The notes beneath the pieces are model-generated. The model was not told where the DNA came from. It made no database searches and was given only the letters and a program-made list of their open reading frames with translations. DNA of 61,914 nucleotides, counting the filler, from Circinaria calcarea (lineage: Eukaryota), in NCBI GenBank assembly GCA_051942165.1. It is 20 parts of 20 records of this genome, joined end to end, with 100 filler letters (N's around TTAATTAATTAA, not from the genome) between each part and the next. Parts side by side here need not be neighbours in the genome. Positions count along the whole stretch, not along the records: positions 1 to 3,013 come from JAVECS010003099.1; positions 3,114 to 6,125 come from JAVECS010003100.1; positions 6,226 to 9,234 come from JAVECS010003101.1; positions 9,335 to 12,343 come from JAVECS010003102.1; 16 more parts are not named here. One strand, given 5' to 3'. The stretch's first letter is position 1. Every line of letters starts with the position of its first letter. This document shows, piece by piece, positions 1 through 12,443 of the stretch. The translations under genes were made by a program, and so were the position numbers.

Positions 1-3000
1 ATAGGATGGGATGGGATAGGGTACGAAGAGTAGAAGGGGTGGGCGTTGTTGAGGGGAGGGGAGGGAGAGGTGGATATTCTTTTTTACTTGGGGGGAGAAG
101 GTTAGAGGCGTTAGGAGATGGCATTTGGTGAGAGAGAGGTAGGAGATGGGAAAGGGGGATTTCGTGTACTATATTGGATGGGTGGGTGTTGACAATGTAA
201 TGTAATGTATTCGTTTAGCTAGCTGCTCGAGATACATCCTGGGTTTGCTACTTTGGTCCAAGGGCATTGGGTTTGTTGCAAACGAACCTTTCGGTGTTTC
301 TACAGGAGAAATTAAGGCGCAGACCGACATTCCCTGATGGGGGGGGTTAACATTCCGTCCGGATCATGTATTTAACTGTGGACTAGCGACATCTTAGTGG
401 TCAGAACCGAGTCATGGCTGCGTTGTTCCTAAACACTTGCATTGATCGAAGAGGATCATGCCAAGTAATGCAATGGGTAATTTACAACAAAGGACCTGGA
501 GTGAGTCGAACATGAGAGAGACCTTGGATCGGCCGCAGATCCACACCAGCTCAGAGAACTAGATGTTTCGAAGTGTCTTGCCTCAGCTTTGCTATGTGGG
601 TTTCTCGACTCTCTTTTCTGTCTTTTCTCGGTGGACAAGGCCATTGTTCGTAGATGGGTTCTTCGATTCCGTGGCGGACGATATTGTACTGTCTTCGAGG
701 TTGGTGGAAGGGAGGAGGATGTATGTTAAGGCTCTTTGGACTGCTGGTCTTCTCCAACATCTCATCCATCCTTCAGTCTGCCAGTCCTCATTCAATCAAG
801 CAAAGTATATGCCCAGATTTCCGAGCAACTTCTCCAAGCAAAAGAGCTTCACTCAGCCAGCAGCAACTCCAGCCGGCAGCATATGCAAACTCGTCATCAT
901 CATTTATTACGCTGGTGAAGGTAAAGGCGACCTATCTGTTAAGCCATGTGGGGACATTGAGCTCTATCTCCAACGATACCCGAGGAGTAGGATCAGACAA
1001 TGTGCTGGGCTCGAGTGTGAACGCCTCGGAGAATCTGGATGCTGCCCCTAACTCAAAGAGGAAGAAGCTGCAATTGCGGAAATGGACTGGGAGATCATGG
1101 ACGACGACGACGACAATGGCGAAAACGACTATTTCTAGCCATGAATTTCTATGAGATAGGCCAGAGAGGCCGGGTTGTGGGCTGTCTGCGGTAGACTGGT
1201 AGAGTGAAATGAGGTTGGTGTATTCTTGATCATGGAGTTGGGGCCCACGGCGCACTGGTGAGAGCAAAGGTGGAGTTAAAGGTGGTCAGATGCTCTAGAT
1301 TAGCCTTGCCGTCCAAATATACATTCCACAACTCTTGGTGCTTAGGAACAGGTCCATCCGTCCGTCCATGCGTGATCTGATCTGACCTGAGAGAGTGCGG
1401 AGAAAGCAACGATTTCCCGTGAGCATCTCGAGCATGATGCACGGCATTCCAAGCATGATGCATAGAAAAAGAAGCACCGGTTTCGCACCCATGTAATTGC
1501 CATGGTCTCGCCAGGACACGGCTGCTTAGTAGCTCATGCAAGCGCTTTGTTGAATTCGAAAGGCGCACAAAGACTTCTAGGGTCCCATCGACATTGCCAT
1601 TTGCCGTGGCAATATCCATGATCCAGCAGTAAGCCACTGACGGTAGCTGGTTTGTTGCCCGCAGTGCAGCGCTGAAGCTGCTTGCCATCTCTCATGACAT
1701 GGGCGAGCCATCAGCTCATGCTGCTTGCCGTATCGGTTCGCACATGTACAAAGGAAGAAACGAACAGCGGAGATTGGCTCTGCGGTGAGCTGACATGAAA
1801 GGCAATTGCGGAGTGGTTTACTGGCACCATGGCTCCAATACCCATATCAGAGACGTACTCGCCAGTCTTCTATCTCTTTCCACACGTTTGCCAGTTCGGA
1901 CCCGGAGATTACAGGCGACGATTAACAAACACTGCCAATGCGGCATGTTCCACCCCAGAGTTTCTCGACACACGGAGCCAAACAAGGGAGCACAGTAGCT
2001 GAGCATGAGCTGTGGTCGCCATCACGGGAACTTTGGTGATGTTACTATGGTAATTTGCAAAGTGGCTGAAGGAAGCCAGAGGGAGAAATGGCCAAAGATA
2101 CGCTAACCCCTTTCGACCGCTATGGTACCAAATTCCGAGGCTTATTGACCAGAGACCATCTCGAACAGGTGATCCTCTGCCTCGCCCTCAGCTAAAAGAT
2201 GATGTCACGGGCTTACGGTATTATCAGGCTGACGTTGATTGTGAAGTCTATGAATAGTTCGGGGACCTTATATCGGCCTATCAACTCACCACTCTTCTAT
2301 ACCCGTAACTCTCCAAGATTTTCTTCCTGACCTGCGGCAATGGACGAGGGTTGGTAACAGCATCCACAAACATCCCAATGTAGGAGCACACCTCCCGTCG
2401 ATCAACCGTTAGAAGTACTCCCGATCCGCCAAACCCATCGTTACAAACCTTTCACCACCGGGGGCGGAGTCGATTTGGGCGAAACTCGAAAGGGTTTCGA
2501 CGGGCCCTACTCCGGACCTTTTACCTCCCTTAGCCGTTTTGATTGCGGTTTACCGACATTTCTCCTGGATATTCCGTGCTGCCTGACAGGCCAGGAATAG
2601 TCTCGACGACCCGGTGGTGGGCCGAGGCAAGCAATGCACTCGGTCGAGGCAACCAGTCGCTTTGACGTGCTCCCAAGGGGTGGTGTTTGATGGAAGCGAG
2701 GAGTGGATGCCGGGAGGGAAGGGAAGGGAAGGGAAGGGACGAGTTGTCGATTGTCGAAGCAGGAGCGAAGTCGCAGCCACTCAGGGAGCTTGAAGCGCGA
2801 AAGATGCGTGTGAGGGTCGGGTTAAAGGAAAACGATGAGCGTTTCGCGGCAATAAGTGATGTCTGCGTTCTCCGTAGTTCAAAAGATGATACAAATGCGC
2901 CGATAGGTGCGCAGAATTTTTTATCAAAGAAGGTCGTTCGGTAGGACCAATTAGTTTAGCGTAGGGCCCAACTAATGGAATTCGGCAGACCGGGGGGGGG

Positions 3001-3013
3001 GGTGTTCTCTCGC

Positions 3014-3113
3014 NNNNNNNNNNNNNNNNNNNNNNNNNNNNNNNNNNNNNNNNNNNNTTAATTAATTAANNNNNNNNNNNNNNNNNNNNNNNNNNNNNNN
3101 NNNNNNNNNNNNN
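3014..3113. other. Artificial contig linker (first of 19): N44-TTAATTAATTAA-N44
   Basis: Identical 100-bp spacers start at 3014, 6126, 9235, 12344, 15451, 18557, 21663, 24768, 27870, 30967, 34064, 37161, 40257, 43353, 46449, 49544, 52639, 55732 and 58824. The 12-mer gives stops in all six frames, contig lengths fall steadily from 3013 to 2991, and genes are cut at the linkers. Confidence 0.99.
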
Positions 3114-5334
3114 CTTTGTTGCCCCCTGCATCTCGGCTCGAACAGCGTACCACCTGAACCTACAGGGGCCAAACGTGACCCTCAATACTAATTGCGCCAG
3201 TGGAACTGTGGCTTTGTCTTTGGCAGTTGATGCGCTGAAGGATCAAAAGTGTGACATTGCTATTGTCGGGGGGGTGTCCGTCCAATTATTCGAGTATAAA
3301 ACACCCCTCCTCAATATTTATCCAACACTGACTGCGTGAACAGTGGAGGTTATCTAACCCAACCCGGCCAAATATTCTCGTCGAATGGCGAGTGCAGACC
3401 TTTCGATCATCTGGCGAACGGCACAGTGCCTGCAGATGCCGTAATTGCTGTGGTCCTCCGAAGGTTAGCACCAATGCAAGCAGAGCCAGACAGCATATAC
3501 GCTTTCGTCAACGGATCCGCTATTGGATCTGACGGAGCCGCTCAAAGAGCCGGCTACCAGGTCCCATCACCCCGAGGTCAAGCAGATGTCATCAAGCAGG
3601 CTTGGAAGACAGCCAATGTAGATGTGAACAAGCTTGCTTATGTCGAGTAAGCTACGTTGCAGCTTATTAACCTAGATGGAAACTAATTAATGACAATTTG
3701 ATCAGACTTCATGGCAGTGGCACACCTGTTGGAGATGCGCTGGAAACAGAAGGATTGAAACTGGCTTTGATGGAACTCGGATATCAGGGTAAAAATTGTA
3801 TCGTTGGTTCTAACAAAGGAAACATAGGCAATGCCCAAGTAGGTTTCAGAGAAGCTGGTATGCCGTAACTGGATTGGCTAACGTATTGTAGCATGCCTCC
3901 GGACTTGTGTCTTTGATCAAGATCTGCAAGTCACTTCAAAACGGAGTTGTACCAGCAATAGCATCATTGGACAAGCTCAACCCTTTGATAGACAACAGCT
4001 TACCCTTTAAGTTTGCGTTCCAAGAAATCAAGCTTGGAAAGTCTCCAGTGATAGCGATCTCGGCAGCGGGGTGGGGTGGAGTCAACTCCCATATTGTCCT
4101 AACTGGTCCACCGAGTGAGCTTTTGAAAAGGTTGAATCCTCAGCGCGTGTATCGCACCTTTGACCGCGAGACGCTCAAAGCGCCAAGATATACCGCCGAT
4201 TCCCCTGACCCCGACCAGAAAGCAAAGATACTAGTTACAACACTTATCTGCGCTCGCGACATTCTCGGGCAAGACATTGGTCTTGACACGGATTTGCGAA
4301 AGGTTGGGATGAGTAGCACGGCCTATATCGAGTTGATAGGTCGGATCCAAGGAACTCTGAAAGGCCGAAGCCTGGGGTGAGAAATCAAACGGGTTTATTT
4401 TTCCAACTCGGAGAGGCTGACTTACTTTAGTGTAACCGGACTTATGCTTCCCCTATGTACGCCAGCCAGCCTAGCCGAACTATACTGTAAACGCCTCAAC
4501 TCCAAGGTCGTGGAGCGTAAAGGGGCAGCAATACTTCAGCGGGGCTCAAATGCTGTGTCGTTTGTGTTGCTGCCCCCAGTAGGCGGTTCCTGTGCATCGT
4601 TGCACGAGCTCGTTCGTGTGCTACCAAAAGAAGCTACTGTAATCGCGCTCGATCATCCTGGTTTGGATCGTCCAGGGCAGTCCCCGTTGTCCATCGATCA
4701 GCTTGTGGCGCATTACTTGGACGCGCTGGACGTACATCTAACTTCGAAAAAGATCCACTTCTTAGGTGCCTCCTTCGGAGGCATCATCGCAGTTCAGGCG
4801 AGCATGGTCCTGCTGGAGCGCAAGCGCTTATTGCCCGAGAACATTGCCGTTGTTCTTCTCGATACCCCGGCACTACCCTACCCGCCACATGAGATTTCGA
4901 AAACCCACCGCTGCGCACTCAACAGCACCGACTCCGATGATGAGACCACGCTCTCTAGTCCGACCCGGAGTGCAGGGCCACCGGAGTCGCATCCCAACTC
5001 CGTCACCTCCCACGAGCTTGATGCGCCCGACGAGCAGAAAAGCGACCCGAGCGAACCTCATACACAGCGGAAGGCAATGCTTGCGATCGAAAGCCAGAAC
5101 ATGCAGGCGCTGCGAGGCTTCCAACCCTCCAGTGCGCAGCTCGATGTGGCGGCCATTTACGTCGCCGCTTCCGCCAACCCTCGCGCTGAGGCGGCAAGGA
5201 CTTGCTGGTCTTCGGTCCTTCCTCGACTGAAGTTCAAAGTGGTCGAGGGAGAGCATATGGATGTGTGGGGGGCTCGCAATGCACCGCAGGTGGTTGAATG
5301 CATGCGAGAACATTTGGGTTTGGAACTTTGTTAA
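3114..5334 (+). CDS. 3' part of a PKS or NRPS-PKS hybrid: KS-ACP-thioesterase, no AT domain after the KS (5' truncated, 4 introns)
   Basis: Spliced translation (introns ~3294-3343, 3647-3705, 3839-3891, 4377-4430) gives TAYHLNLQGPNVTLNTNCASG, CRPFD, YVELHGSGTPVGDALE and GSNKGNIGNAQHASGLVSLIK (KS). Then DTDLRKVGMSSTAYIEL...TPASLAELY (carrier protein), then LLPPVGG, GASFGG, LLDT and GEHM (thioesterase). Confidence 0.9.
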
Positions 5335-5382
5335 AGGAAGGGGGTTCTCGAGGGTTTTGGTTTAAAGCCGTCCATGATTTCC

Positions 5383-6004
5383 CCTTGGCCGGCCGAGACA
5401 TTTCAGGGCAGTACACTTTGATCAAAGTTTCGTACTGTCTGTTCCAAACAGTACAGGGGTGGAGCGGGCACTAAGTCAGGCACTTAAAGCTTAATAACGG
5501 AAGCCCCGACCTCAGTTGGTGTAACCTATAAGTTCTGGTAGAAAACAGCAGCATTAATAGACACGTCTTTAAAAGCAATACACAACATAACCGTGAAATA
5601 TGTAGATATATAAACTTATATAGATCTGCTATACGTAGTATATTTATTCTATAAAAGAAAGCTCAGGGAATAACTGAGATATAGAGCGAAAAGCAGGTAT
5701 TATTAACATCGTTTCTTTTCCCGGCTTTTTAATCCCCACGCGATCAAATCATAACATCCAATCTATTTCCGGTGAAGCCGATTTTTCATCAAAGAAAGCA
5801 GAGCCTGAAAATCAAAGCCTGGAGGCAGAGCCTGTTATTTAAGGGGGAGTTCCTGCCTGAAAGCAGGGCGCAAGATATTGGTTGGGCTCTACCCGCGCAA
5901 TTTGATCGCCCGCTCCACCCCTGTACGTACTGAATGGAACGGACAGTACGAGACTTTGGTCAATGTGTAACTGTCCTGAAGTGTCTTGTTGGCCAGCGCC
6001 AAGG
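5383..6004. repeat. Older imperfect inverted repeat (arms 5383-5453 and 5924-6004) split by the MITE
   Basis: Left arm ...agacatttcagggcagtacactttgatcaaagtttcgtactgtctgttcc matches the reverse complement of the right arm, ...agacacttcaggacagttacacattgaccaaagtctcgtactgtccgttcc. Confidence 0.8.
5454..5923. mobile_element. Non-autonomous Tc1/mariner-type MITE, 470 bp
   Basis: Perfect 16-bp TIRs CAGGGGTGGAGCGGGC (5454-5469) and GCCCGCTCCACCCCTG (5908-5923), flanked by TA on both sides; non-coding AT-rich interior. Confidence 0.8.
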
Positions 6005-6227
6005 TAAATGCAAACAGGAAGCGCGAAGCAAAAACATATAAATGGCTTTCATTATTGGGTAACTTGTAGCTATGAAAAAACTCGGCTATAGGTGCGAAAC
6101 TGTAGCCGTTAAACCACCCTAAGAGNNNNNNNNNNNNNNNNNNNNNNNNNNNNNNNNNNNNNNNNNNNNTTAATTAATTAANNNNNNNNNNNNNNNNNNN
6201 NNNNNNNNNNNNNNNNNNNNNNNNNAT

Positions 6228-7859
6228 ATTACTGGTATAAACATAAGTGAATTTACTTATATACCCTTAGTTTCTTTTATTGTATTAGTTACTATAGTGC
6301 CAATAAATTTTAGTTTGTCAGTAATACTAACGATATATAATGGATTTTATTTGTCTTCTGGTATAAAATATGCTACTAATCAAGTAAAAGAAAGTATTAA
6401 TTCAAGTAGTTTTCTATCTATTATTATTATAGTCATTACTATATGTCTTGTAAAATTTTTAGCTTTTCCTTTTATATTTCCTTATATTTTATCTATGTTT
6501 CCTGCAAAAGAGGGTATGTTACATGCTAGTTCTCAAGCAGAAACTAGTACTAAAGTAGGTAAAGATCCTTATTCTGATCCAGATCCAGATCCAGAGCCTA
6601 ATAAGGATATTCATATGGGCAATAATGAAGATTCAGATGATGGTGATAATTATGATTACCCTGATATTGTTAGTACAAAATGACCAGTTGAATATTTTAA
6701 GGGAACTAAGAGGGTTTCTCGTTTAGGGTTTGAACTTAATGCTACATATATTGAACCACATGTATCTCAAGTATCATTAGGTACTAGTGTTGAGGACATT
6801 TTTGCTAATAGTAAAACTACCATAGATATCTCTCAGTTAATAAATAGAACAGATTTAACTTTTGATCGTCCAGGAAAAACCTGAAAAAATTACAATAACA
6901 ATGAAAGCTATGTTTTAATAAATCGAGAAAAAAGACTGGCTTTTAAGGAAAGTGAGGCTAAACGTCTTACATCTCGAAAATTAGAAAAAAATATTTCTAA
7001 TTATAGAGAAATAGTTAGTAATGATTTAAAAACATATTTAAAAAAATACCATAAAGCTTATTTTGATGATGGAGAATTTTGAGGTGTAGCTGATTATACT
7101 AAATGAGGAACTGGAGAGTATTCATGCTATAAAGTTCTCGACACTCTTTTAAAAAATTATTTTACTGGAAACAAAGGATTTTTAGTTGAAATACAAAGTA
7201 AACAAGGTGATGCTATAGTAGATGGAGTAGTAACTATTCTTGACCCTAGAACGTCAGAAGCTGTTAAACCTTGTTTAGGTTTAGAAGGTGATTTTGAAAA
7301 AAGAGATAAAAAAGATTTTTTTCATAATATTAATTGTTTTGTGGAAGCTAAAAAAGAGCACGATATAACCGGTAAAAATACTTCTTGAATTAGCATACTT
7401 GCTCAATTAAAACAATACCATGTATATTCAAAAAGTAACATAAATGCTTTTTCTATCGCATTTAGAGGGTTTGATATGAGTATATATCTATATATAAAAG
7501 ACTGGCATCACAGTGCGAAGCTTTTTAATAAAGGGTCAGATTGAAATGGCTTTCTTTGTTTATATTTAAACGACGAGGGTGTTCAAATATTACCACAATA
7601 TGACACTTATGAACCACAAATTATAACATATAACATAGTAGGTGGTAAATTCGATAGACATTCAATTCATACAATATTAACATGAATGAGTATGTTACAT
7701 GGTGTTCCTAAAACTGAGGGATCTTTAATATTATCGGAATTAGAATCATCTAAAAATCCTTGAGAGCATGATAATAAAGTAGGTTATTTAAAAGATAGCA
7801 AAATTTTACAAACATTATCTCATAACGGAAAACTTCATGTGTTTAATGAAAGTCAATAA
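6228..7859 (+). CDS. Mitochondrial ORF (code 4), at least 543 aa, 5' truncated: hydrophobic N-terminus, acidic linker, PD-(D/E)XK nuclease-like domain
   Basis: Open from the contig edge to TAA 7857-7859 when 8 in-frame TGA are read as Trp. Motifs: GEYSCYKVLDTLLKNYF (E at 7116), AIVDGVV (D at 7221), CFVEAKK (E 7344, K 7350), SWISILAQLKQY, AFSIAFRGFDMSIYLY. Confidence 0.8.
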
Positions 7860-7877
7860 CGTTTAGTCATATCTTTG

Positions 7878-8972
<1,095 letters not shown>

Positions 8973-10828
8973 ATTATTTATTTATATTAACTCTGAGTGA
9001 TAAGGAGAAAGATACGTAACTATAAGACTTTTTTAGGTTCGCTTTTTTTTTTTTAAAGAAGGGTCAGGTTTATCTGCCATAGTAGTTTAAGGCGATAACA
9101 CTAAATATTTTTTATTTTAGTTTACACTAAAAAAAAAACTCATATTACCTTAAATAATTTGTCTCATTTAGAGCATTGATGTTGATATGATTCAATTGAG
9201 TTTTAAATATAATAATTATGCCTCAATTAATACCNNNNNNNNNNNNNNNNNNNNNNNNNNNNNNNNNNNNNNNNNNNNTTAATTAATTAANNNNNNNNNN
9301 NNNNNNNNNNNNNNNNNNNNNNNNNNNNNNNNNNACTTACCATACCTAGTTAGTTTGTAACTTGTAAGATAGATATCCTTACCCTTACCCCCACCCTAAC
9401 ACGAACACGACGACTGCAACGTCGTCGTCGTCGTCGTTGCAAAAAAACCAAAAAGTCCCCCCTATCCCACCCCCAACACAGAACCGAAACCGAGAGAGAG
9501 GCTTTTTTCTCTCCGCCTTTCTCGCGAATTTTTTTGACGGGTCACGGGTCGAAATTGGGGGGGATGGATCTTCTTCTTATTATATAAACTCAGCGGGGGG
9601 GGGGACCTTTTTCTCTCTCTTTTTTTTGGGTAGTTTTTCGACTCTTTAGAAAAATTGGGGGCCCCCGAGAGGAATAGTGAGGCGTCATTTGCAAAAATAT
9701 ATATATTATATACACCCCGAACTTAGGGTGAGGTGCGAGGTTATGAGGGAGCACCGAGGGAGCACCGAGGGAGCAGGGGAACGAGTTGGGAGCCGAAATA
9801 AGCCGGAGCCAAAACAGGCCCGGAGCCAAAATTGGCCATGGGCAGAAAATTGGCTGCATAATCCCGGCTATAGTTACTCCGGTCTAATTGAATTTGATCG
9901 AGCTGACAGCTGCTGCCTACCTGATCTGGAGCTTTCCTCCGTATCTTATATCGCTCCTTTTCGCTCCTTCATACCCCTCTCAGAACCCGCGATTCTCACT
10001 CGCGTTTTGTAAGGCGCGTGTTGTTCGCGATAGGGCATCTACATCCTTCCAGCCGCTGCTGTCTGATGAAAAAAGCCCCAGCATCCAACAATCTTTCCAC
10101 TGCTCTCCCCCCGCGGTTGTTAACTACCTGGCTCATGATTCGAACCTTTTTTGAGCCGGGGAAGATGGCAACGAGGACAAAAGGCACAGGGACGAGGGAG
10201 AGGGTCTTAAATTGCAGGGTATTGTCTGTGAGTCTCTATTCAGCCAAATATAGGCATAGCCCCGATTATAAAGCAACCGGCGCTCTTATGATATTCAACC
10301 TAGATTAGACGTCATAGTTGACAGGCGAAGCGCAGGCGACTAGAAGGAGCCCAGCCAATCGGCCTCTCCAGCCTTCAGGTGCTTACGAATGCATTTATAA
10401 CAACAGCTTTCAGGTCAGGGTCTTCCGACTCAAGTGAGGCAACCAATGAACGCGGGTCACAGCCTTTCTAAGGTTTGCGGCTGTAGCCACACTAGACTTG
10501 ATCCAATAAAGACATAATAAATATAACCACAGTGCAAACAGCCTTTCCTTGGCGCAAGGCTGTGACCCGCGTTCATTGGCTACCTCACTTGAGTCAGAAG
10601 ACCCTGACCTGAAAGCTGCTGTCGTGGAGCGAGAGAAGCACCTATATAGCCAAGCTGATGTCCCAAGGTGGGAGCAAGAAATGCTTGTGCTGTTCTCCCT
10701 GGGTGTTCCATTGAGCACTGATGGGCTAGCATTCAGGTAAGGTGGTCTTGCCTAACCGAAGAAAACGTGCGAACCTAAGCAAGCTTTTGTGTATATTGAA
10801 ACACAGTCGGCGTACGTGTACAGTCAGC

Positions 10829-11877
10829 ATGCCGCCTCAGCGCCCTCACCCACACGAAAATGAACTGCGTACTCGTCAACACGAGACCTACAAGAGAATT
10901 GGGCATGAGGCCGGCTTAGCCATGCGAAAACTTAAACACTGCAGTGATGATACTAAAACACTACTTAATCATGCCATTAATGCGCAACAGCTTTTTAATA
11001 GGTGAAAAAACCAATGCTTTCCTTTCGCTGATATTTTTCGTAACTGATGTTGTGTTTGACGTAATAGAGAGATCGGATTGCGTCAAGACTTCAATTACAC
11101 CTATTTCAACGATACACACTTGGGAATTGCGGGCCAGATTGCATTGAAAACAGAGACGGTGAAAACGTTAGAACTGATTATCGCTGGATTGAGGTAAATA
11201 TTCCAAGCTATTACATAGCTTACAATCTGCTGACTTCACAAAGGCAAGAGCTCGGTTGGGGGCAAGTGAATGCAGCTTCTAGCAATGCGATCTACGAAAT
11301 CGAATGCCGAAAGAGTGTAATAGATGCCGAAGAAAAGCTGACACCGTATGCCAGTCGAAGTACTGACAAAAGTGGGGACATATCAGATCTCCCGAGCGAT
11401 CAGGGATCTGATATGACGGATCTAGATGAATGCGACAAAAGTTTGGTTGATAATCATCCGGAGTCGACCTCTTATCAGATAAGACGGCTCAATCTTAAGA
11501 GGGAGCTAGAGAGCGAATTGGAGGAAGTCGTCCGGGAGATTGATTACAGGGAAGACCAGAGAAAAAGTGATATTGCTGAAGAGGAACGTCTCGGAGAACA
11601 AGGGACTTCTGGATCCTCGAAATCTAAAAATCATTACGATATGGTTATGAAGGACCTCGCCAACAAGAAAGCCAACCTCAATACAAGGCTGCGTGCCCTC
11701 GAACACGGAGATATAGAGGATGAGGGACATCTAGATGCGATACGATCGCCGTTTTATATGGGATTGGAAGACGGCGAACAGAGACAATCCCCAGGCGGAG
11801 TATTAAGAAAGCGTCGCGGCGGGTTGCTTATTATAACCCCGCCTCGACCCTTTCGCGATTGCCCTGAAACGAAGTGA
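10829..11877 (+). CDS. Hypothetical 3-exon protein, charged and probably coiled-coil
   Basis: ATG at 10829. GT-AG introns ~11002-11067 and ~11193-11243 with CTGAY branch-like sites join MPPQRP...LFNR, EIGLRQDF...IAGLR and QELGWGQVNAAS... in frame. No family recognised. Confidence 0.6.
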
Positions 11878-11996
11878 AACGAAGTGGAAGGGTTTAACTT
11901 CGGCGCAAGATTTTCCGAACCAAACCAAAATTTTGCGGTGTTCTCACTCTGGCCGCAAAATTTCCTGATTAGATTTAGCTTATTGCTTAATTAGGC

Positions 11997-12190
11997 CTAA
12001 TTTTTCGCTTAATCAAGTCTAGTTTTCTGTTTAATCAAGTCTAATTTTTCGCTCAATCGAGTCTAGTTTTTTGCTTGATTGAGCCTAGTTTTTCGCTTGA
12101 TTGAGCCTAGTTTTTTGCTCGATTGAGACTAGCTTTTTGCTCGATTGAGCCTAGTTTTTCGCTCAAACGGGCCTAGTTTCTCGCTCGAAT
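11997..12190. repeat. 22-bp minisatellite, ~9 copies (consensus CTAGTTTTTCGCTCGATYGAGY)
   Basis: Consecutive units such as ctaatttttcgcttaatcaagt, ctagtttttcgcttgattgagc and ctagttttttgctcgattgaga; followed by degenerate (TATGC)n at ~12240-12343. Confidence 0.9.
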
Positions 12191-12443
12191 AAGAAAAATA
12201 TCTACTACATTCAGCGTAGCGTACTAATTTTAATGCTGAGCTTATGCTATTTTATGTTTCTCATTATACTATGTTATGCTGCGTGCTATGCCATACTACG
12301 TGCTCTTTCCATGCTATACTGCGAGCTATGCTATGCTGCGAGCNNNNNNNNNNNNNNNNNNNNNNNNNNNNNNNNNNNNNNNNNNNNTTAATTAATTAAN
12401 NNNNNNNNNNNNNNNNNNNNNNNNNNNNNNNNNNNNNNNNNNN

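Noticed and set aside
456..2944. Short overlapping ORFs in the first contig
   Set aside because: No recognisable motifs or consistent splice pattern; possibly a decayed gene or transposon, but I cannot support a call.
7860..7877. TTTAGTC just before the cox1 exon as the P7' strand of a group I intron
   Set aside because: It leaves too little room for P9 before the terminal G, and I found no matching P7 strand in the contig.
9070..9230. tRNA-like sequence after cox1 (gccatagtagtttaagg...)
   Set aside because: No complete cloverleaf; anticodon and T arms could not be formed.
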